DNA from: Octopus bimaculoides
Taxonomy: Eukaryota
Assembly: GCF_001194135.2 (NCBI RefSeq)
Contig: NC_068984.1
Location: forward strand, 113,348,166 to 113,380,198
Reading direction: 5' to 3'
Length of the DNA stretch: 32,033 nucleotides
Part shown: positions 22,144 to 32,033 of the stretch, one piece after another
Position numbering within the stretch: the first letter of the stretch is position 1
How the letters are laid out: every line of letters begins with the position of its first letter
Notes under the pieces: model-generated
The model's input: the letters and a program-made list of their open reading frames with translations, nothing else
Databases searched by the model: none
Told to the model about the DNA's origin: nothing
Made by a program: the position numbers and the translations under genes

Positions 22144-23265
22144 GTAAGTAGGTGCCATGAATATTCAGGGGAGCTACAGTAATGTTGTGCGCGTGTGTAT
22201 GTGTGTTTAGGCTAGTTGTAAAACAGTTTTATGGCTAAAAACATTTTTAAATATAGTTTTCGTGTTGCTTAAGTACAAAGATAGGCACCATAATTTCATT
22301 TGTGAGAAGCACGGAAACTATTAGGAAGTGCAGTGTTTCTGCTTTTAGCACGTTCATTGGAACCGACCGAAGGAAAGTGTAATACTTTCTCAGACTCAGT
22401 TTATCGACTACTTGTTCTAGAATGCTTAACACAAATACGCAATATATTGACGTAAAACAGCCCTGGGATTGCATAGTTCATATTCATTTTGGAATTAAGT
22501 GTACTAGGAGAAATACCAATTTTCATCTAATTTACGTAATATGAATATATATACATACATATATGCGGAAGAGCGTAATAGTTCATTTGAAGCATTGTAG
22601 TACAGAAGTAGAATAATAGACGAAAAGGGAAATGAGCAAAACTCCTAACAATGCAGAGAGGAAAGACTACGTAGATCCTGCCACTTGAAGTCGGCGATTC
22701 AAATGGCAAAGTACATGTAATACATATTTCTTTAATTGTATCCTTCGGAAGATGGGGCTTTGCATCTGTAATATATAAAGGTTTTTCAACTTTCATCTTT
22801 GCATTGTTAGAAGCTTTCCTCATTTCCCTTTTCATATATACGTTTTCACACACACACGCGCACGCGTGCGCATGTATCGATGTATACTTCTTTCGATTTT
22901 TCTATATTTCGACGCATCTTTTATCGAAAATACTTTGATGTGTTCATTCTACACAATATTTGCTTCTTCCCTTCTTTCTCGCCATAGCAATATTGAGATG
23001 AAAGCGTAAGTTAGAGTAGCGGCCGGAAGTGACTAACAAGTAAGCCGAGGTATAAAGATGGAGAGAAGTAGGAGGAGAAGATCACCGTGGTGATGACAGC
23101 TGAAGAGTCTGGGTTGTGGATTTAAGGCAAAGATGGTTTTCAGAATAAACAATAAAAACAGATTTTTTTATTCAGTTATATTAAGGTGGGAATTTTAATA
23201 AGTTAACTTGCATATTAGATCGATTCAATTGATTATTTAGAGTTTTCGTTAAACGCGCACATACA

Positions 23266-24369
23266 CGAGGGGTTACCCAAAAGTAACTGGAAATGTTCTT
23301 TGTGGGACAAATCGGTTGTAGCTCAGGCTAGAAGTCCTTTCATGCAACCCTCAGGCAAAGGTTTGCCGACCGGTGTTATCCAGTGAGGTCATACTGCCAC
23401 ATGGTGCGTCTTTATTTTTCAGGTTTCTCCCCTGTACGTCGATTTTTGCGGTGGATGTAACGAAGGAACAGCGTGATTCTCTGAAACTCTGTTTTCTGCA
23501 ATAAAAACAGTAGCCGAAACAGTTGTCATGCTTCAAATAGCTTACAAGGCCGCTGCTACGAGCGAAATACAAGTTTATGAGTGGTTTTAACGCTTTATGA
23601 ATGATCATTTGTCGCTTGAGAACCAATATCGTTCAGGGCAACCGTGTCGACCTCCCGAAAGAATGAAAACGTCATGAAAATTTATGAACTGACTATGGAG
23701 GACCGTCATCGAAAAATTGACGAACTTGATATGACTGGTGTGTACTGGAGCGCCTGCCAACGAATTTTGAGCGAGGAATTGCGAATGAAAAGAGTTGCAG
23801 CAAAATTTGTGCCTCGCTTGCTCAAGGAAGATCAAAAGCACTCGCGACTGAATACGCGAATTAAAAGAACAATTAGAAGTTGATCGGACCTTTTTTTCGA
23901 AGGTCATTACTGATGACGAAAGCCAGTGTTACGAAATTTGCAGATGTGGAAGAGGTGAAGAAAAAACGACGGAGGTGCTAAAAGGCATCACTTCGCAAGA
24001 ATTCTAGCACTCTATAGTTGATTTGTTTATTTCTAGCAGTTAAAAGTTCTCTGCAAATATGACCGTTTTAAAATCATCCCTATTCTTTCGTAATAAAATG
24101 TCTGGAGTGTGCTTTTGAGTTACATTTTAAGCCGTTGTTAGTTCTTATATCAAATACCACAATTTCTGATTAAACGAAGTAAATAGTTTTACTTTTACTT
24201 CAGAATCTTTACTGTCATGTCGTTTAGGCATCACCTCGCAAGAGTCTAGATGCGTTTTCCAACAGTGGAAAACACGTCTGGACCGATGGAGGACACTTTC
24301 AAGGCGATAAAACTGTAAATATGTAAATCTAAGTGGATAAAATACCGGTTTCTTTTGGGTACTCCCACG
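23266..24369 (+). mobile_element. Mariner-family DNA transposon, internally deleted and interrupted
   Basis: TIRs CGAGGGGTTACCCAAAAGTAACTGGAAAT (from 23266) and its inverted copy ending 24369 followed by TA (22/29 match). Transposase remnants EQR..LKLC, VYEWF*RF, RSGQP/STS, RVAAKFVPRLL, KVITDDESQ (first catalytic D region), then a deletion to VEEVK...LKGITSQEF and FQQWKTRLDR. Confidence 0.92.
24008..24225 (-). mobile_element. 218-bp internal Tx1/L1 ORF2 fragment inserted in the mariner
   Basis: Colinear with 16657-16874 (e.g. AAAATGTCTGGAGTGTGCTTTTGAG and TTTTACTTCAGAATCTTTACTGTCA are shared). Confidence 0.85.
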
Positions 24370-24872
24370 TATGCATGTGTGTAAACCAAATACTGGACAA
24401 TTAAACACGATTTTTTCTTCACTACAAAACCTCTTTTAGCCACGATGTTTTTTCCTTCTCTTCTCAATTCTGTTATATCTGTCCACACGAACCAATACAT
24501 TTTCAGTTAAATTATAATACGAAATAAATATTTTCTGCGAAAACTAATTTTTATATTTATATTTCCATATATATGAATACATGGAACAAAACTATACACC
24601 CCTTATGTTAAAATGTTACATTAATTTTATTTACACAATATGTATTTTAAAGAATTTTGGCGCAGTTTCAATTATTTTCTGAGTATTTTTCAAATATATA
24701 TATATATATATATATACATATATATNNNNNNNNNNNNNNNNNNNNNNNNNNNNNNNNNNNNNNNNNNNNNNNNNNNNNNNNNNTATATATACACTGGGAG
24801 GGAAAGATACAGATGTATACATATCTATCTATCTATTCACCCATCTAATTATATGCACATGCATACTTATAT

Positions 24873-25212
24873 GAAGGTGTTTGGCCTTGCGATTAAGGCG
24901 TTGCACTCCAGATTGTGAGAGATTGTTTTCGATTTCTTGAGCGAATGGTGCATTGCACTCTTGAGAAAAATCACTTTCACGTTGCTCTGCCATCACTTTG
25001 ACACCTGATGCAAAAACTGCCAGTGGTAGTGTAGCAATAGAAACCTGGATATGAATCCATACAACGCCGAAGTACACCGTGCACCTGTCCGGAAAATGTC
25101 GATTTAATGGAGTGAGTGGGTTTATGAGCTACGTTAGCATATAATCTCAATAAACAAATTTTCTTTGCAGGTTTATAGAACGCGCGTCTGTCCTTTGTGA
25201 CAAGGGCTGTCC
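24873..25212 (+). mobile_element. SINE family D (tRNA-derived), interrupted by a ~60-bp insertion
   Basis: Head TTGGCCTTGCGATTAAGGCG...GTTTTCGATTTC, then CTTGAG..AA..CACTTTCACGTTGCTC, shared with 29382-29497. Confidence 0.7.
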
Positions 25213-25980
25213 ACCATATACATGTGTGTGTCTGTGTATGTATATATGTATGTGTATGTAGGTATACATACACACATACATACATGTCTAGATATGCAAC
25301 TATATGCATGAGAATCCATACATAAAACATACATACATACATACATACAAATGAAAACAAAATTACCCTGTTGTTGATGTTGAAATTCCAATGAAGAAGC
25401 CTTGGATCAAGGTTAGAAACCGGTTCTTTCTCTACTGGCAAGAAATCTTGAAATGAACTGAATAATGACATGCATATGGATATATCTGTGTGTGTGCATA
25501 CATTTGTAAGATTTCAGTACAACTAACGTTGAATTATAACGATATTTTGCTCCATATTATTATACTGAAGTACTGTATTAGTTTGGGGTATAATCTGGAG
25601 TGATTTCAATATATCCATGCGTAAATGCTTAAAGAAGATGGCGTTGATGCTTCAAGATAAGAACACACTGATATTCGAATACATAAACATTTACGTTATT
25701 GGATACCAAGTGTTCGATTACGTGTGTCCATCTTAAATATATTAGATGGATAGCCTTGAGTTATAAACTTTGCTGGACTATTTTCAAACATGTCGTTTTT
25801 GTACTTTTAGTTATTATAAATATTCTTGTGGAACACACACGCATACACACTCGCATATGCACACGCGCGTACATACGAACACAAACACACACACACACAT
25901 GTATATAAACTGCAATATGTATATGTAGATGTATACATATACATACATGTATATAGATAGGTAGATAGTTAGATCAAGAG

Positions 25981-26161
<181 letters not shown>

Positions 26162-26513
26162 TGAAGAGAAGAGACTGATTGTGACATTTCTATGTTTGTG
26201 TTATGTAGTAATCTAATGAAAACCCAAAGATTATAGCAAAAGATGACATGCTACTATTTAAGCAAGTGTTTATTTATTATTTAAGAAACAATTGTCTCCA
26301 GTCATCTGTATTTCTATAATAATTCTTTGATTTCTTCCTTTTGTAGAATTTTATTTGTTTCGAGTGGCATCAGATGGNNNNNNNNNNNNNNNNNNNNNNN
26401 NNNNNNNNNNNNNNNNNNNNNNNNNNNNNNNNNNNNNNNNNNNNNNNNNNNNNNNNNNNNNNNNNNNNNNNNNNNNNNNNNNNNNNNNNNNNNNNNNNNN
26501 NNNNNNNNNNNNN

Positions 26514-26815
26514 CGAGGGTTCCAGTTGATTCCGATCAACGGAACAGCCTGCTCGTGAAATTAACGTGCAAGTGGCTGAGCACTCCACAGACACGTGTAC
26601 TCTTAACGTAGTTCTCAGGGATATTCAGCGTGACACAGAATGTGACAAGGCTGACCCTTTGAATTACAGGCACAACAGAAACAGGATGTAAGAGTGAGAG
26701 AAAGTTGTGGTGAAAGAGTACAGCAGGGTTCGCCACCATTCCCTGCCGGAGCCTCGTGGGGCTTTAGGTGTTTTCGCTCATTAAACACTCACAACGCCCG
26801 GTCTGGGAATCGAAA
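26514..26815 (-). mobile_element. SINE family A, 5'-truncated at the B box, 3' end in gap 26378-26513
   Basis: Closely matches 10714-11020. Confidence 0.92.
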
Positions 26816-26819
26816 GCTA

Positions 26820-27116
26820 AAATGAGATATTCTTTCATTAATTCTGTGTATGCTGTTGTAGCCTCTGTGAACGGAGTTATCGTTACTCCCAATATTTATT
26901 TTAACGTCAGTGTTATTTCCTTTTCTATATTACCGATACGGCTAGAGATATTGTTTTTCATATTTTGTAAAACAGACTGCCAGTGGTAGTAGTGTAGCAA
27001 TAGAAACCTGGATATGAATCCATACAACGCTGAAGTAGTTATGCGCATTAAAATGGTGGAATTGCGTTCGAATTGCACAACGATCTACTTTACCTGTCAC
27101 CATTTCGTGGCACATG
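26820..27116 (-). pseudogene. Possible decayed rhodopsin-class GPCR fragment (ECL2-TM5-TM6-like)
   Basis: Minus-strand peptide GKVDRCAIRTQFHHFNAHNYFSVVWIHIQVSIATLLPLAVCF and, after a frameshift, VTITPFTEATTAY. Resemblance judged by eye only; stops present. Confidence 0.25.
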
Positions 27117-27160
27117 AATTAAATACCTATCGTGACACGTGAATTAAATACCTATCGTAG
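27111..27160. repeat. 25-bp tandem duplication
   Basis: CACATGAATTAAATACCTATCGTGA / CACGTGAATTAAATACCTATCGTAG. Confidence 0.9.
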
Positions 27161-27169
27161 ATAAGTATA

Positions 27170-27385
27170 GGCGCAGGCATGGATGTGGGATGACGCGGCT
27201 TGCTTTGCAACCACACGTTTTCGGGTTCAGTCCCACTGTGCGCTTATGGCCCCGTACCGACCAATGCTTTGTGGCCGAATTTGATAGACGAAATCTGAGT
27301 GTGTATCTTTGTGTTTGTGTTTGTCATCACCATCACCACCACTACCGTTTGACAACCGTTGTTGGTTTGTTTACGTCTCTGCAAA
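27170..27385 (+). mobile_element. SINE family B, diverged and internally deleted
   Basis: GGCGCAGGCATGG...TTTTCGGGTTCAGTCCCACTG...TTTGACAACCGTTGTTGG. Confidence 0.8.
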
Positions 27386-27388
27386 AGA

Positions 27389-27488
27389 CCCCCGAAAGGA
27401 TGAAACGCAAAGTCGAGCTCAGCGGAATTTGAATTTAGAACGTAAAGATGAACGAAATGCCACTAAGTATTTTGCCCAGCGAGCTAAC

Positions 27489-27490
<2 letters not shown>
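27389..27490 (-). mobile_element. SINE family C fragment
   Basis: CCCCGAAAGGATGAAACGCAAAGTCGAG...GAGCTAACGA. Confidence 0.8.
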
Positions 27491-27523
<33 letters not shown>

Positions 27524-27524
<1 letters not shown>

Positions 27525-27845
27525 ATGGCGACGAGCTAGTGGAAGTGTTGTCTCACCGGACGAAGTACTCGGCCGCATTTTGCTATTCTTTACGTTCTGA
27601 GTTCAAATTCCGTCGTGGTCGATTTTACCTTTTAAGACGGCGAGCTGGTAGAATCGTTAGCGCACCGGGAAAAATGCTTAGCCACATTTCGACCGTCTTT
27701 GCATTCTGAGTTCAAATCCCACCGATGTCCAATTTACCCCTCGTTTTATCGGGTCGATGAAATAAGCCCCAGTTGAACACTGGCGTCGATGTAATCGGCT
27801 TAACACCTCTCTGAAATTGTTAGCCCTGTGCCAAAATTTGAAACC
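27524..27845 (+). mobile_element. Two nested/tandem SINE family C copies (partial 27524-27633; full 27634-27845)
   Basis: Heads GGCGACGAGCTAG and AAGACGGCGAGCTGGTAGAATCGTTAG, B boxes GAGTTCAAAT, end CCAAAATTTGAAACC. Confidence 0.85.
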
Positions 27846-28369
27846 TGAGATTAGTAGCAGTCGCTGCTATTGTTGAAGTTGTAGTTGTGGTGTTGGCTAC
27901 AGCGGTAGTGGTAGAGGTCGATGATATTGAATTATTTGTTGTAGTCACGGTTCTAGCAACTGTAGTAGTAGTAGTAGTAGTAGCAGCAGAAGCAGCAGTA
28001 CTGGTGGTGGCAGCATAGATATCTGCGTATACAATTATAAAGAAAAAGAAAGAAAAAAATCCCATTTATTAACTTTTAACCTAACCATGTTTTTAATTAC
28101 ATTTATTTAGTTAATACATTATTTTATTCTTTCATTAATTACTATTTTAATTTTTTTATTTGTTAATCTTTGCATTTTATTCTAGTATTTATATAATTTT
28201 ATTGACTATTATATTTTCCATGTATTTTATTTTTCCTTTTTATTTATTCATAGTTATTATATTTTTAATTATTTTAATTTTTTGATCTAAAAGTTTTCAT
28301 TTTTGTGTTTTTTTTCTGTTATTTCTCTCCTTATTCATTTTTAAATTTTTTATTTCATCTATCATTGAT

Positions 28370-28377
28370 ATTATTAC

Positions 28378-28408
<31 letters not shown>

Positions 28409-28436
28409 TTTTTTTTTTTTTTTTTTTTTTTTTTGT
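28370..28436. repeat. (TTA)n plus poly-T tract
   Basis: Direct reading. Confidence 0.95.
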
Positions 28437-28634
28437 ATTTTTGCCACCTCCCTTCAACCTAATTCCTTATACTTCTCCATTTCACCATTTCCCTCTCTAC
28501 TTTCTTTCTCTCCGTCTTCCTCTTCTCCTTTAACCTTAATACCTTCAAGATTAATGTTGTTAGCATACTCTTTGCCGTCTCTATTTTTGCAAATATCATT
28601 ATAATTCCTTGTATCGTTAGCATATATATACTTT

Positions 28635-28860
28635 ATGTTACTACTATTACTACTACCACTACCGCTACTACAACAGCCACTACCGCAAATACTGGGGATT
28701 CTATCATCACCACCACGACAACAGCAACTATTACTACTGCTGACAAGACTACTATTAATTACTATTACTATTATTACTACTACAACCTCTACTGCCACTA
28801 ATACCACTGTTTCTACAACCACCACGATTAATATTACAATAACAACGACCTCTAACATTA
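28635..28860. repeat. Degenerate (ACT/ACC/ACA)n trinucleotide tract; a similar tract on the opposite strand at 27850-28015
   Basis: Direct reading; explains the poly-T, poly-L and poly-V ORFs. Confidence 0.85.
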
Positions 28861-29276
28861 TATATAATCATGGATGGATATTCTCTTTTTAATTTAGAGT
28901 AAATTCTAACTGGCCACCTACTTGGTAGAAAGGTTGTGAAGGAAAGCATATTGCTTTAACCATCAGTATTTAAATCTTAAGAAGGTCAGGCAAATAAATA
29001 GGGGAGAGGAGAGAATGGGTGGAGAGGGAAGGAAAAAGAAATTTAAGTGCACAAGGAAAAGCTGCTCACTTTGGGAAATATTAAGTTAGATGTATATTAC
29101 ATGTCGAAGAGATCAAATTTGAAATGAAGAGAGAACTTTGTATAAAAATTCAAACAGGCATGAAAGGGTACGGACTCATATGTAGATTCAGAATCGGTTA
29201 AATCATTGGGACCTAAACGCATTTAAGCTGAATATATTTATAAGACATGCATAAGAAGAAAATACATGCATAGTAT

Positions 29277-29311
29277 TGTGTGTGTGTGTGTCTGTGTGTG
29301 TGTGTGTGTGT

Positions 29312-29355
<44 letters not shown>
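29277..29355. repeat. (TG)n microsatellite
   Basis: Direct reading. Confidence 0.95.
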
Positions 29356-29356
<1 letters not shown>

Positions 29357-29381
29357 GGTGTGTGTGGTTTTGTGTATATGA

Positions 29382-29497
29382 ACACGCTTGGCTCAGTGAT
29401 TAGACTGTTGGGCTTACGATCGTGGGGATGTGAGTTCGATTCTCATACGGGGCTGTGTATTGTATTCTTGAGCGAGACACTTTATTTCACGTTCCTT
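29382..29497 (+). mobile_element. SINE family D-like head running into gap 29498-30239
   Basis: TGGCTCAGTGATTAG (A box), GAGTTCGATTCTC (B box), TTCTTGAGCGAGACACTTTATTTCACGTT. Confidence 0.75.
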
Positions 29498-30301
29498 NNN
29501 NNNNNNNNNNNNNNNNNNNNNNNNNNNNNNNNNNNNNNNNNNNNNNNNNNNNNNNNNNNNNNNNNNNNNNNNNNNNNNNNNNNNNNNNNNNNNNNNNNNN
29601 NNNNNNNNNNNNNNNNNNNNNNNNNNNNNNNNNNNNNNNNNNNNNNNNNNNNNNNNNNNNNNNNNNNNNNNNNNNNNNNNNNNNNNNNNNNNNNNNNNNN
29701 NNNNNNNNNNNNNNNNNNNNNNNNNNNNNNNNNNNNNNNNNNNNNNNNNNNNNNNNNNNNNNNNNNNNNNNNNNNNNNNNNNNNNNNNNNNNNNNNNNNN
29801 NNNNNNNNNNNNNNNNNNNNNNNNNNNNNNNNNNNNNNNNNNNNNNNNNNNNNNNNNNNNNNNNNNNNNNNNNNNNNNNNNNNNNNNNNNNNNNNNNNNN
29901 NNNNNNNNNNNNNNNNNNNNNNNNNNNNNNNNNNNNNNNNNNNNNNNNNNNNNNNNNNNNNNNNNNNNNNNNNNNNNNNNNNNNNNNNNNNNNNNNNNNN
30001 NNNNNNNNNNNNNNNNNNNNNNNNNNNNNNNNNNNNNNNNNNNNNNNNNNNNNNNNNNNNNNNNNNNNNNNNNNNNNNNNNNNNNNNNNNNNNNNNNNNN
30101 NNNNNNNNNNNNNNNNNNNNNNNNNNNNNNNNNNNNNNNNNNNNNNNNNNNNNNNNNNNNNNNNNNNNNNNNNNNNNNNNNNNNNNNNNNNNNNNNNNNN
30201 NNNNNNNNNNNNNNNNNNNNNNNNNNNNNNNNNNNNNNNGTATATACATACACACATGCATACGTATACATACATATATGAAAATATACGTTATATCTAT
30301 A

Positions 30302-30386
30302 GACGCAGGTGCCCTCTTCTGTAGCTTTGGGCCAACCAAAGTCTGGTAAGCGGATTTGGTAAACGGAAACTGAGTAAAACCCGTCG
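30302..30386 (+). mobile_element. SINE family B internal fragment
   Basis: GCTTTGGGCCAACCAAAG...GGATTTGGTAAACGGAAACTG...CCCGTCG. Confidence 0.75.
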
Positions 30387-30399
30387 TGTGTATATATGT

Positions 30400-30459
<60 letters not shown>

Positions 30460-30856
30460 TATTGTCATCATGAATATGATCCTGAGCATCATCCTTCTTC
30501 CCCTATTCTTCCAACTCCTCCTCCTTCTCCTTCTCCTCCTCCGCTTCTTCCTCCTGCCCAACATCGTCTAAATGACTAAAGAATTCTTTGCCGCCATTGA
30601 AAACAAGTTATATTCGCACTTTCAATTATACATTGTTCCATGAAATCTTTAAATTATTTTAATTGCAAAGGAATTAATGTTAATTAGTGTAACATTTGCC
30701 ATATAATTGATAGTGTCAGTTCTGCAGATCATATCAGCATACTTTCCATTGTCAACCAATTCTTCCGTCATTCAAGAACAAATTCGATTAATTAAGCGCG
30801 AATACTATTACTGTAGTCAATGACAGTTATAATACTGATAAAACTGTCATGATTTA

Positions 30857-30857
<1 letters not shown>

Positions 30858-30925
<68 letters not shown>
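30858..30925. repeat. (TAA)n microsatellite
   Basis: Direct reading. Confidence 0.95.
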
Positions 30926-30927
<2 letters not shown>

Positions 30928-31112
30928 TATTGTTGTTTTAATTATTATTATTATTATTATAAAAATAACACTAATGACTTTAATGGTTTTGATGATGTTG
31001 ATTATGATGTTGAGGAGGAGGAGTAGAAAAAGGGGAGAAGGAGCATCATAATCAGGATTAGGACTATGATAGCAATAATAATAATAAGAAGAAGAAGAAG
31101 AAGCCTTTCTAC

Positions 31113-31318
31113 TAAATCACAATACTTGAAATTCTGGGGGAGGGGTCAAGTCAATTACATCGACTCCAGTACTCAGCTGGTACTTAATGTATCGACCCCT
31201 AAAGGATGAAAAGCCAAAGACGACCCCTGCGGAATTTGAACTCAGAACGTAAGGACGGACAAAATGCCGCAAAGCATTTTTCCCGGCGTGTTTACGATTC
31301 TGCCAACTCGCCGCCTTA
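31113..31318 (-). mobile_element. SINE family C
   Basis: Ends TTACGATTCTGCCAACTCGCCGCCTTA on the plus strand (the head on the minus strand). Confidence 0.88.
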
Positions 31319-31588
31319 GCAATAATAAGAATAATAACAATAATTTTGATGATGATATTATCTATTACTATTCGACTGAACCTCTTTCTTTACACAATTA
31401 TCAAATTTGATGACGCCAGACTTCTAAATATGTTTCAACTCTGGCTCCACGGTACTTTTTACATACCACACTAAGCTGTTTACCTCTGCTTCGATACAAT
31501 CGGGGCAATTGATCAAACCTCTCTCACCCTTTCTTCTGGACAAGTGCAGACTATCGGTGTCACTCATAGAGTTTGAAGGTTCCAACGG

Positions 31589-31802
31589 TAAGGCGACGAG
31601 CTGGTAGAGTCGTTACCATGCCGGGAAAAAATACGGGGTGGCATTTCGTCCGTTTTAGGTTCTGATTTCAAATTTCGCCGAGGTCGATTTTGCCATTCAT
31701 CCTTTCGGGGTCGATAAAATAAGTACCAATTGAACACTGGGATTCATGTAATCAACTCATACCCTCCCCCAAAATGGCTGCCCTTGTGACAAAATTTTAA
31801 AC

Positions 31803-31880
<78 letters not shown>
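31589..31880 (+). mobile_element. SINE family C, full length, with (TTA)n tail
   Basis: TAAGGCGACGAGCTGGTAGAGTCGTTA...CAAAATTTTAAAC followed by (TTA)n at 31803-31880. Confidence 0.9.
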
Positions 31881-31881
<1 letters not shown>

Positions 31882-32033
31882 TTATGTTTGACTTTTGTTT
31901 TGCATTTGTACAAGTTGGATCCAAGTCTCACCCAGAGACCTCAAGAGACAACAAGTTAGAAGTTCATGTAGGTGTTATGCCTAGGGTACCATATATTTGG
32001 ATTTGTACAGTTTTGTTCAAGTGAATGTTCAAG
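31881..32033 (-). mobile_element. 3' end of a second R4/Dong-like LINE terminating in (TAA)n
   Basis: Minus strand TGAGGTCTCTGGGTGAGACTTGG...GTACAAA resembles the 3' UTR of the 17790-18638 element (TGAGGTCTTTGTTGAGACTTGG...GTACAAA) and runs into (TAA)n. Confidence 0.6.

Noticed and set aside
22527-22853. 108-aa minus-strand ORF
   Set aside because: No recognisable domain or convincing splice sites.
23019-23033. ETS/GABP-type CCGGAAGTG motif as a promoter
   Set aside because: Single short motif with no CpG-rich region or downstream gene evidence.
23908-23920. CTGATGACGAAA as a hammerhead core
   Set aside because: No room for helix II; it encodes the ITDDES motif of the mariner transposase.
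25367-25446. Minus-strand exon candidate DFLPVEKEPVSNLDPRLLHWNFNINNR with AGG|GTAATT donor
   Set aside because: Weak acceptor, asymmetric length, no recognised homology or partner exons; would need RNA-seq.

Overview
Repeat-dominated animal genomic DNA from a gapped short-read scaffold: 11 N-runs totalling about 3.25 kb, most flanked by microsatellites. The repeat content (several tRNA-derived SINE families, abundant (TA)n/(TAA)n/(GATA)n tracts) looks like an octopod cephalopod genome; this is an inference from remembered repeat families. No intact protein-coding gene, rRNA, true tRNA or CRISPR array is supported, and almost all listed ORFs are microsatellite or gap artefacts. Supported features: about 25 copies or fragments of four SINE families (A-D, my labels), an internally deleted mariner with both TIRs, a decayed Tx1/L1-type ORF2, and two R4/Dong-type LINE 3' ends. 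Most notable: (1) several minimal type I hammerhead ribozyme motifs of the Penelope-like-element kind (9067-9117 near-canonical, 3337-3376 with a core insertion, 9615-9647 and 16192-16237 partial, plus relics); (2) two apparent templated insertions whose homologues lie in this window, one flanked by a 24-25 bp duplication inside the mariner; (3) an 85-bp-arm foldback of a single SINE copy; (4) a tandem SINE array and a recurrent SINE-SINE junction; (5) a symmetric 30-nt micro-exon candidate. All calls were made by eye, with no alignment, folding or database search.
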